Shown here piece by piece: positions 9,000-15,987 of a stretch of 32,000 nucleotides of DNA (position 1 is its first letter; the number at the start of each line of letters is the position of its first letter). The notes beneath the pieces were generated by a model. That model had not been told where the DNA came from. It made no database searches and saw nothing but the letters and a program-made list of their open reading frames with translations. The stretch spans positions 2,910,001 through 2,942,000 of the forward strand of contig NC_009483.1 of the NCBI RefSeq assembly GCF_000016745.1. The letters are read 5' to 3'. Made by a program: the position numbers and the translations under genes. The stretch is from Geotalea uraniireducens Rf4. GTDB lineage: Bacteria > Desulfobacterota > Desulfuromonadia > Geobacterales > Geobacteraceae.

Positions 9000-10025
9000 T
9001 TATTTAACTTTCAAGATGGTCTTACACCCGCGGGTTACCACTGATTCGTCCTGACTATAAATCTGTGGGAATTCTCCAAGTTCGATCACGTTGGTGATCA
9101 ATCTCACTATTTCGCTACCTTTGCTGTCCAGAAGTTCGATCGCTTCCCTGAATTTCCCCGTTCCTCCGATGTTTCCGAAAATGTTAACCATTTTGCTGAC
9201 GAACAGGTCGGTGGAGAAGGAGACTTTCGGTTGCGAGAAGAAAAGGACGCTTCCACCCGGCTTTACCGTGTGGTTTATGACTTCTCCGACGTCAGAGAAG
9301 CCGCTGGTCTCCACGACCAGGTCAAATGAGCCTCTGCCGACGTGTGCCGGCATCAGTTTCATATCCATGGCAACGACCTGGTCCGCACCCAGTTCTCTGG
9401 CAATCTGCAGTCTTGTCTCATTGATATCCACGATCATCACCTTGGCATTGGGTTTACTCTTGATGATCATTGTGGCGAGGATGCCCAAGGTACCTGCTCC
9501 GAGAATGAGCACATCATGCGGATCCATATGAGCCGTGGCTTTATCGATCCCTTTCATCACAACCGCCGCAGGTTCAATGAGACAGGCGCTTTCGTCTGAT
9601 ATCTCACAGTCTTTCAGGGAATGCAGGGAGGACTGATTGACAATGACATAGTCAGCAGCAAACCCGTTTGCTGAGATGCCGTGCTTCTTGACAGAGGTGC
9701 AGAGGTCCTCGTTGATCTCTCTGCAGAACTGACACTGGCCGCAGTATATTGAGCATTCTCCGGTGACCCGCTCGCCCACGGAGAACTTCTGCACCCCTGC
9801 GCCTTTAGCGATAATTTCTCCCACCCATTCGTGGCCCGGCACCAGAGGATATACATGAGGTCCTTCATACCGGCCGGAGAACAGTTTCACATCACTGCCG
9901 CAGATACCAACATACCTGACACTTACCAGAACCTCGTGCTCTCTCAGAGTACGCAACTTCACAGGAGAGATAGTCAAGAGACCGGGGCTTTCGATCTTCA
10001 ATGCTCTGCCACCCGAAGTTAACAT
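9000..10025 (-). CDS. Zinc-dependent alcohol/polyol dehydrogenase (MDR superfamily, sorbitol/threonine-dehydrogenase-like)
   Basis: 341 aa with GICGSDVKL...PGHEWVGEI (catalytic Zn ligands), CGQCQFCREINEDLC (structural Zn Cys cluster) and ILGAGTLGILA (GxGxxG). The start overlaps the stop of the upstream TrpB-like gene by 7 nt. Confidence 0.88.
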   Translation of the reverse strand: MLTSGGRALKIESPGLLTISPVKLRTLREHEVLVSVRYVGICGSDVKLFSGRYEGPHVYPLVPGHEWVGEIIAKGAGVQKFSVGERVTGECSIYCGQCQFCREINEDLCTSVKKHGISANGFAADYVIVNQSSLHSLKDCEISDESACLIEPAAVVMKGIDKATAHMDPHDVLILGAGTLGILATMIIKSKPNAKVMIVDINETRLQIARELGADQVVAMDMKLMPAHVGRGSFDLVVETSGFSDVGEVINHTVKPGGSVLFFSQPKVSFSTDLFVSKMVNIFGNIGGTGKFREAIELLDSKGSEIVRLITNVIELGEFPQIYSQDESVVTRGCKTILKVK

Positions 10026-11332
10026 TGGTGACCTTCCTTGAACAAAATTGCCTCGTATCCGGCCAAATCAAAGAAACCATTGCCGCTCAGACAGAAAACA
10101 ATGACCCTATCTTCTCCCTCTTCCTTCGCCTCCAGCGCCGAGTCTATGGCCGCCTTGATTGCGTGACAGGATTCGGGTGCCGGCAGTATCCCTTCGCACA
10201 AGCTGAACAGCCTCCCGGCCTGAAACGCCTCCTCCTGGGAAAGTGCTGTTGCATCAAGTAGCCCTTCTTTACGCAGCAGTCCCACCAATGGTGACCCGTT
10301 GTGCTGCCGCAAGCCTCCTACGTGTATCCTGGGAGGTACGAAGCCTTGGCCAAGTGTGTAGGACTTTGTCAAGGGGGTGAGCCCCGAGGCGTCCCCGGCC
10401 CCGTATTCGTAGACACCTTTGGTGAGACGTGGCACCGAGTCCGACTCCGCTGCCAGGAACTGAAGGCTGTCCGGGTCCTTAAATTTTTCCGGCAGGAAGG
10501 GGAGCATCAAACCACCGCAGTTGCTACCGCCACCGACGCAGGAAATTAGCGTGTCAGGTTTCAATCCGGCCATTGCCAGCTGCTTCTTGGTTTCCAGGCC
10601 GATAATGGTTTGGTGCATCAGGACATGGGGGAGGTTACTCCCGGATACGTAGGCGTATTTCCCCTGATGCGCGAGCGCTGTTTCTATTGCCTCGCTGATT
10701 CCGGTGCCGATGGATCCGGGATGCTGAGGGTCGCTAAGCAGAAATGACTTTCCCGACTGAGTGAGGTTGCTTGGAGAAGGGTGGACCTCACCACCGCACA
10801 GTTTCATAAAATAGCGACGATACGGTTTCTGTTCGTAAGAAACCCTTGCCATGAATATCTTTGCACCGAGACCATACGACTGCGCCGCTATGCAGACAGC
10901 AGTCCCCCACTGGCCGGCTCCCGTTTCCGATATAAGGGCTTCAAAACCATCCTGCTTCGCGTAGTAGGCCTGGGCGATAGCCGAGTTCAATTTGAAGCTA
11001 CCGGTCGGCAGCACGTCTTCCCGCTTGAAAAAGATCTTGGCCGGAGTACCCAGATGCCGCTCAAGGGAAACGGCGCGCTGCAGCGGGGTAGGCCTGCCGA
11101 TCCTCAGATAAGCTTCCAGGACTTCACCGGGGATCGTTTCCCAACGCTTAGCTGAGTTGTCCTGCTCGTTCAACGCAACCGGACGAATGCGCCGGTTATT
11201 TTCGATAGTAGGAGTACCGTCAGCGGGATCCTTCGGTTCAGGTAGAATGGCAGGGAGGTCTGGCAGTGCGTTGTACCATTTGGTAGGCAGCTCTTCTATT
11301 GGGAGATCTATCCTTATTTCTTGCATGTACAT
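10019..11332 (-). CDS. TrpB-like PLP-dependent enzyme (TrpB2 / trpB_rel type), paralogue 2
   Basis: 437 aa with FKREDVLPTGSFKLNSAIAQAYYAKQDGFEALISETGAGQWGTAVCIAAQSYGL, VSYEQKPYRR and GGGSNCGG. It is collinear with the 6466..7770 product along the whole length. Confidence 0.88.
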   Translation of the reverse strand: MYMQEIRIDLPIEELPTKWYNALPDLPAILPEPKDPADGTPTIENNRRIRPVALNEQDNSAKRWETIPGEVLEAYLRIGRPTPLQRAVSLERHLGTPAKIFFKREDVLPTGSFKLNSAIAQAYYAKQDGFEALISETGAGQWGTAVCIAAQSYGLGAKIFMARVSYEQKPYRRYFMKLCGGEVHPSPSNLTQSGKSFLLSDPQHPGSIGTGISEAIETALAHQGKYAYVSGSNLPHVLMHQTIIGLETKKQLAMAGLKPDTLISCVGGGSNCGGLMLPFLPEKFKDPDSLQFLAAESDSVPRLTKGVYEYGAGDASGLTPLTKSYTLGQGFVPPRIHVGGLRQHNGSPLVGLLRKEGLLDATALSQEEAFQAGRLFSLCEGILPAPESCHAIKAAIDSALEAKEEGEDRVIVFCLSGNGFFDLAGYEAILFKEGHQC

Positions 11333-11350
11333 CCTCCATTGCAGCTTCGT

Positions 11351-12208
11351 TTAATCCATCTCAGGTTTTGCTCTATTGTGCCCGGCCCACACCCTGTTGC
11401 TGATTTCAATCTTTTTCCTGACAGTCAGCCACGCTTTGGTGCTCAGGAATGAATCTTCAAAACGGTTCACCATCTCTTTGAACATCGCATAGGGGATGGT
11501 AAAGGAGAGCTCGTCGGTCTGGAAATATCTTCTGGGCCACGGGTCCCATCCCCCCAGAACGGCCTTATTCCGTCCCTTGGCTAAATAATGCAGTGGCCAG
11601 GTGACGAGGCTCCCGCAGGCGGCGCCCCAGGGAGAAACTACTACTTCGGGATCATCGGTCACAAAAGCCGCTAAGAGGTTAAGCCCGCAAAGTGCTTCCG
11701 GCCGCGCAAAAAACGCCACTAACTCCGGTTGTTCGTGTTTTTCGAAGAGTGTGAGGGGCTTGACCACACAGTATCTTCCATGGGCCTCTTTCGGGTCGAT
11801 ATGCTCAAATATTTGTCTAACTACATCAGGGGAATTGTACAGAAGCTCCCCCTCGCATTGGCCGGACAGCCCCGTTGAGAGATAACAAATGACTCTTTCC
11901 GCTTGAGGTTTGTTGTAGCCCAACCAGAAAGCGGCCCCCGGGCAGCCGTAATGTTCTGCAGAAGCCCAAACAACTATCTTTCTTTTCCTGGCCTTCCAGA
12001 CATTACACATGATGCAGGAAAATCCGTCATAGATAGCTTGCCAGTCGATTTCATCCCGCTCCTCCCTTTCACGGGTAGGGAGCTTCCCAACTTTTGGAGA
12101 AAGGCCTTCCCTTGGCTCGCTTTCCGTGTAAAAGATTCCAAGTGGTTCCTCTTCCAAACCAAGGGCTTCAAGGAGTCCAGTTGTCCTCTCAATTATTTTC
12201 GAGTCCAT
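11351..12208 (-). CDS. Hypothetical protein, possibly DUF169 family
   Basis: 285 aa with no signal peptide. The Cys-containing segment GFSCIMCNVWKARKRKIVVWASAEHYGCPGAAFWLGY resembles my recollection of DUF169 (COG2043) proteins. The assignment rests on memory only. It is tightly linked to its neighbours (gaps of 18 and 19 nt). Confidence 0.45.
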   Translation of the reverse strand: MDSKIIERTTGLLEALGLEEEPLGIFYTESEPREGLSPKVGKLPTREREERDEIDWQAIYDGFSCIMCNVWKARKRKIVVWASAEHYGCPGAAFWLGYNKPQAERVICYLSTGLSGQCEGELLYNSPDVVRQIFEHIDPKEAHGRYCVVKPLTLFEKHEQPELVAFFARPEALCGLNLLAAFVTDDPEVVVSPWGAACGSLVTWPLHYLAKGRNKAVLGGWDPWPRRYFQTDELSFTIPYAMFKEMVNRFEDSFLSTKAWLTVRKKIEISNRVWAGHNRAKPEMD

Positions 12209-12227
12209 TTCCCACTCTCAAAAAGGC

Positions 12228-12686
12228 TCAAACTTCAGTACCCGGCTCATTATTTTTTTGCAATGCGTCCATAAGACGCTCTTGAGCATTAATGATCAGC
12301 ATTACGTCTTCCTGTGTAATACTGTTTACCCACTCTTGATTCCAAGAGTAAAATTTGGCCATACATTTTGCCCAAATATTTTCACCTAATTCGGTAGTCT
12401 TTACTATTGTTACTCTCGTATCAGTTGCTGAGCGCGTGACTGTCACATAACCAAGTGACTGCAGTTTGCTAATAATCTTTGATATATTTGATTTTTCATA
12501 TAGCAGGCTTCCGACTAAGTTTTTTTGGCATGTCTCCCCAGCTCGTTGAATTTCATTCAGAACCACAAATTGTTGCTGATTAATTGAGAACTCTGAAACT
12601 ATTTTATCGCCTAATCTATGAAGACATGCCCCTATTATGAGGAAGTTCTTAACCAACACCGAAGAATATTTATTCATAGCCACCAT
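12228..12686 (-). CDS. MarR family transcriptional regulator
   Basis: 152 aa with a winged-HTH pattern: QQQFVVLNEIQRAGETCQKNLVGSLLYEKSNISKIISKLQSLGYVTVTRSATDTRVTIVKTTELG. The gene is visibly more AT-rich than the genes downstream of it. An alternative start is ATG 12677. Confidence 0.85.
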   Translation of the reverse strand: MVAMNKYSSVLVKNFLIIGACLHRLGDKIVSEFSINQQQFVVLNEIQRAGETCQKNLVGSLLYEKSNISKIISKLQSLGYVTVTRSATDTRVTIVKTTELGENIWAKCMAKFYSWNQEWVNSITQEDVMLIINAQERLMDALQKNNEPGTEV

Positions 12687-12778
12687 TTACATACAGATTT
12701 CGTGTCACGAGATACTGCCCCCCCTTTTTCTCACTGAATGTGGATAATAAAACTATCCCTTAACTACTAATTGACAAG

Positions 12779-12858
12779 TGTCAGGACATCGGTTACCCGG
12801 ATGTGTCAAGACATCGGTTACCCTTAACGCCCTTTTTTGTGTCAAGACATCGGTTACC
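12779..12858. repeat. Left-end repeat cluster of the IS: three direct copies of the ~20-bp terminal motif
   Basis: TGTCAGGACATCGGTTACCC at 12779-12798, TGTCAAGACATCGGTTACCC at 12804-12823 and TGTCAAGACATCGGTTACC at 12840-12858. Confidence 0.9.
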
Positions 12859-12919
12859 TTCATTAGAAATATCAGCTACAATGTTCTCTGTGATTTCAAC
12901 TTGAGGGGAGAACATCCGC

Positions 12920-13384
12920 ATGGAAGAAGAACTCAGGAAACAAGCAGTCCAGCGCCATCTTGCAGGCGAATCACCCAAGGCAGTCTATACAAGCCTTGAT
13001 CGCTCCAAGAAGTGGTTTTTTAAGTGGTTGAACCGGTATCAATCTGGCGCGACTGACTGGTACAAGGAACACTCAAGAGCGCCACTTAAAAGACCGTCTG
13101 AACTCAGCATCGTAGATAAGGAGATTATTGTCTCCACCAGAAACCGCCTGGACTCGTCACCATTTGCACAGATTGGCGTTTCCGCTATCAAGTGGGAGCT
13201 GCATAAGCTGGGGTTACCGTTTCGCTCTGACAGCACCATTAACCGGACCCTGAAGCGGGAAGGACTCGTTAAAAAAAACGAGATATTCCCCCAAAGGGGT
13301 CGAGTACCCGTACTTTACCGAAGCCCTGTGCTGCAACAACATCCATCAGATGGATCTTGTTGGCCCCCGCTACATCAAGAGTGA
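12920..13384 (+). CDS. Transposase, N-terminal HTH part (upstream frame of a split transposase gene)
   Basis: MEEELRKQAVQRHLAGESPKAVYTSLDRSKKWFFKWLNRYQ... has an HTH-like N-terminus. The downstream frame is already open from the A8 run (13271-13278), where it reads ...KKTRYSPKGVEYPYFTEALCCNNIHQMDLVGP. Removing one A would fuse the two parts. Confidence 0.75.
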   Translation: MEEELRKQAVQRHLAGESPKAVYTSLDRSKKWFFKWLNRYQSGATDWYKEHSRAPLKRPSELSIVDKEIIVSTRNRLDSSPFAQIGVSAIKWELHKLGLPFRSDSTINRTLKREGLVKKNEIFPQRGRVPVLYRSPVLQQHPSDGSCWPPLHQE

Positions 13385-14090
13385 CGGCAGATTTTACTCG
13401 ATGAATGTGATTGATCTGTACAGCCATCGGGTCTTCATCGAATCAAATCGCACCAAGGAGGATGACAACATTGCACAGGGTTTGCTGCGCTGCTGGAAGT
13501 CAATGGGGCTTCCCGACTTCCTGCAAATGGACAATGAACTCAGTTTCCGTGGCAGTAACCGCTATCCGAGGTCACTTGGTCTGGTGCTGCGACTATGTCT
13601 CTACTTCGGCGTTCATCCTGTTTTTATCCCTGTTGCGGAACCGTGGCGCGATGGCGTAATAGAGAGCTTCAACGATACCTATGACAAAAAGTTTTTTCGC
13701 CGCCAGTGGTTCACAAGCTATTCCATGCTCAAGCGGCAAAGCAAGAATTTCCAGCAGTTTCACAACAAGAATCACCGTTACAGCTATCTCAAGGGGAAAA
13801 CGCCACTGGAGGTTATTGAAGCTGACAAATTCAAGCCCTTGACGCTGGGGCCAAATACCAGGATGCCAAAACTTGATTTTCTCCCGGACGGCACCATTTC
13901 GCTCATTAGATTTATCAGGAGCGATAGAACACTTAACATCTTTGGCGAAAAATTTGAGGTTTCAAAAGACCTCGTCTATTCATATGTGCGAGCCATGATC
14001 GTAACGGAAATTCACACGCTGCAAGTGTACCTGGGTGAAGACTTTGTTCAAAGCTTTGAGTACAGAATGCCTACAGAGTTCAGCTCATGA
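13350..14090 (+). CDS. Transposase, DDE (integrase-core/rve) catalytic part (downstream frame)
   Basis: DDE-like signature: HQMDLVGP (D), FLQMDNELSF (D), PWRDGVIESFNDT (E). This frame is +1 relative to the upstream part. Confidence 0.8.
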   Translation: MDLVGPRYIKSDGRFYSMNVIDLYSHRVFIESNRTKEDDNIAQGLLRCWKSMGLPDFLQMDNELSFRGSNRYPRSLGLVLRLCLYFGVHPVFIPVAEPWRDGVIESFNDTYDKKFFRRQWFTSYSMLKRQSKNFQQFHNKNHRYSYLKGKTPLEVIEADKFKPLTLGPNTRMPKLDFLPDGTISLIRFIRSDRTLNIFGEKFEVSKDLVYSYVRAMIVTEIHTLQVYLGEDFVQSFEYRMPTEFSS

Positions 14091-14114
14091 AATAGTATGC
14101 ATAATCAGGGGGTC

Positions 14115-14172
14115 GGGTAACCGATGTCCTGACACTTTTTAGAGTTAGGCTTGGGTAACCGATGTCCTGACA
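14115..14172. repeat. Right-end repeat cluster of the IS: two copies of the terminal motif in inverted orientation
   Basis: GGGTAACCGATGTCCTGACA at 14115-14134 and at 14153-14172. Confidence 0.9.
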
Positions 14173-14374
14173 TTTGACAACTAATCGAGTTTTCCCCAAA
14201 CCACCTGCTATGCAGGTCTATGATTTGCGAGTAAATCAATGTCGAATGGAGTTTTACAATAAAATAGTTTCCATGTCAACCATTTTATTATGCCTCTTCT
14301 AATTTGTATTTCCTTAATCCGCGAGAACCATGGAAGAAAAGGTAGCTGGCAGGCTCAAAATCTTTCAAAGCCCA

Positions 14375-14403
14375 TTGCCCTTAAAGCGGGAAACCGCTAT
14401 AAT
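14375..14403 (+). promoter_or_regulatory. Candidate sigma70-type promoter for the MFS gene
   Basis: TTGCCC (14375-14380), a 17-nt spacer, then TATAAT (14398-14403), about 70 nt upstream of ATG 14475. A GC hairpin GCGGCGTT-cattaa-AACGCC(C)GC follows at 14405-14427. This is a motif match only. Confidence 0.35.
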
Positions 14404-14474
14404 TGCGGCGTTCATTAAAACGCCCGCACCAATAGGACCAAAGCACTCCCAAGTCCCAGAAAAAGGTATTCTGC

Positions 14475-15719
14475 ATGAGTGATAAAACCCGCTGGCTGCT
14501 GCTTCTCTGCCTGACCCAGTTATTCATTATGCTGGTGTTCATCAATTACTCTGCCATCCTCCCCCTCCTGAAACAGGAATGGGGGATGAACAACACCATG
14601 GCCGGTTCGATTTTTTCCATCTACCAATTGGGCTACATAGCCTCGGGCGTCATACTCAGCGCCCTGACCGACCGGATCAATACCAAGCACATCTTCATTA
14701 TCTCGGCTCTCTGGTCAGGCATCGCCAACCTCCTCTTCGCCTTCTATGCCCATGATTATCTCTCCGCTATGCTGCTGCGGGCCCTGACCGGAATCGGCAT
14801 GGGAGGAACCTACATGCCGGGGCTGAAATTGGTGGCGGAGAAATTCGCTCCCAGTGAGCGTGGCAAGGCTGTGGGCATTTATGTCGGTTCGCTCGTGCTC
14901 GGGGCCTCCCTTTCCCTGGCAGTGACCGGCACAATAACATCCCTGGCCGGCTGGAGATGGGCCTTCATCGCCTGTTCCATAGGCGTATTTGTCGGCGCAG
15001 CACTTTCTCTTCTGGTATTCAAGGATTACCAGCCGATAGTGCATGCCAGGATTGAGCGCGGCTTTGAGGTGGAAATCATCAGAAACAAGCCCGCATTCCT
15101 GATGATCCTCGGCTACGGCTCTCACATGTGGGAGATGTATGGCATGCGCAGCTGGCTCGCACCATTTTTCACCGCCTCCCTCATCAGCCACGGCATTGCC
15201 GGGGGAATTGCCACCGGTTGGGCAGCCACTGCCGCTGCATTGATCATCGGTGTCGGCACTTTCTCCACCGCCATCACCGGCACCATTTCCGACAAACTGG
15301 GTCGGACGAAAACCATTACCCTGGTCATGTGTGGCAGCGCCACACTATCGTTTTTGTTCGGCTGGCTTGTCAATGTGAGCCCTTATCTGGCTTTTGCCGT
15401 GGGCATCCTCTATGGCTATCTGATCGTCGCAGAATCACCGGTTTTTTCCACGGGTCTCACGGAACTTGTTGCACCGGGCTACATGGGTGCAGCCATGGGA
15501 TTGCAGTCGCTGGTCGGCTATTCCCTCGGCATGGTGTCCCCCACCGTTTTCGGCTGGGCCCTTGATATGTGCCGGGGCTGGCAGCCGCTGCCGGGCGTCA
15601 GTGCTGACTGGGGAATCGCCTTTGCCACCGGCGGCCTCGGCGCCCTCACCGGGCCGGTTTTCATGTATCTCTTGCGTCGCTGTCCGGAGAGCAGGCGCAT
15701 GGCAGGTGGTAAGCAGTAA
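14475..15719 (+). CDS. MFS transporter
   Basis: 414 aa and highly hydrophobic, with about 12 predicted TM segments. An MFS-like loop motif LTDRINTKH follows TM2. Before the IS insertion it was divergent from the MarR gene. Confidence 0.85.
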   Translation: MSDKTRWLLLLCLTQLFIMLVFINYSAILPLLKQEWGMNNTMAGSIFSIYQLGYIASGVILSALTDRINTKHIFIISALWSGIANLLFAFYAHDYLSAMLLRALTGIGMGGTYMPGLKLVAEKFAPSERGKAVGIYVGSLVLGASLSLAVTGTITSLAGWRWAFIACSIGVFVGAALSLLVFKDYQPIVHARIERGFEVEIIRNKPAFLMILGYGSHMWEMYGMRSWLAPFFTASLISHGIAGGIATGWAATAAALIIGVGTFSTAITGTISDKLGRTKTITLVMCGSATLSFLFGWLVNVSPYLAFAVGILYGYLIVAESPVFSTGLTELVAPGYMGAAMGLQSLVGYSLGMVSPTVFGWALDMCRGWQPLPGVSADWGIAFATGGLGALTGPVFMYLLRRCPESRRMAGGKQ

Positions 15720-15902
15720 CGCTCAAAGTCAGCTCATCTTTCCCCGCCCCCACCCAAAGATTTAATAACACATCGCCGGCCGGCAGCAGCTCCCCGCTTT
15801 TTGAAAGTGCCTATCACATTCCGCGATTCCGTTGAAGAAATAACAACTTGCGCGGAACGCAAAAACGTCAATATATTGTCGATTAAATGAAAAACGGCAA
15901 AA

Positions 15903-15987
15903 AGTGGATAACTTTCAGCCTCTTAGGGCTAAAAGCACACTGGGTGGGCATATAATCCACAGAAACTGTGGATAACTCTGTGGGGAA
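15903..15987. promoter_or_regulatory. Cluster of DnaA-box-like 9-mers and a perfect 8-3-8 palindrome in a 475-bp intergenic region
   Basis: AGTGGATAA at 15903-15911 (1 mismatch to TGTGGATAA), TAATCCACA at 15953-15961 (1 mismatch to TTATCCACA), TGTGGATAA at 15967-15975 (perfect) and TGTGGGGAA at 15979-15987 (2 mismatches). ATCCACAG-AAA-CTGTGGAT at 15955-15973 is a perfect inverted repeat. GTGGATAACT occurs twice, at 15904 and 15968. Confidence 0.4.

Larger units (their letters stand above)
12779..14172 (+). mobile_element. Insertion sequence (1394 bp) encoding an HTH + rve-type DDE transposase; family unassigned (IS481-like or IS21-IstA-like features)
   Basis: The 20-bp terminal inverted repeats are TGTCAGGACATCGGTTACCC (12779-12798) and GGGTAACCGATGTCCTGACA (14153-14172). 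Additional subterminal copies lie inside each end. TTGACAA occurs at 12771-12777 and 14174-14180, each one nt outside an IR tip, and is a candidate target-site duplication. Confidence 0.85.

Noticed and set aside
6466-11332. Interpretation of the two TrpB-like genes as a tryptophan biosynthesis locus
   Set aside because: No trpA, trpC, trpD, trpE, trpF or trpG-like genes are in the window. The genes are embedded in, and translationally coupled to, unrelated biosynthetic genes.
15887-15955. 22-codon ORF (MKNGKKWITFSLLGLKAHWVGI) spanning the DnaA-box-like region
   Set aside because: It has no Shine-Dalgarno sequence, it is very short, and its sequence is dictated by the repeat motifs. There is no support for it as a gene.
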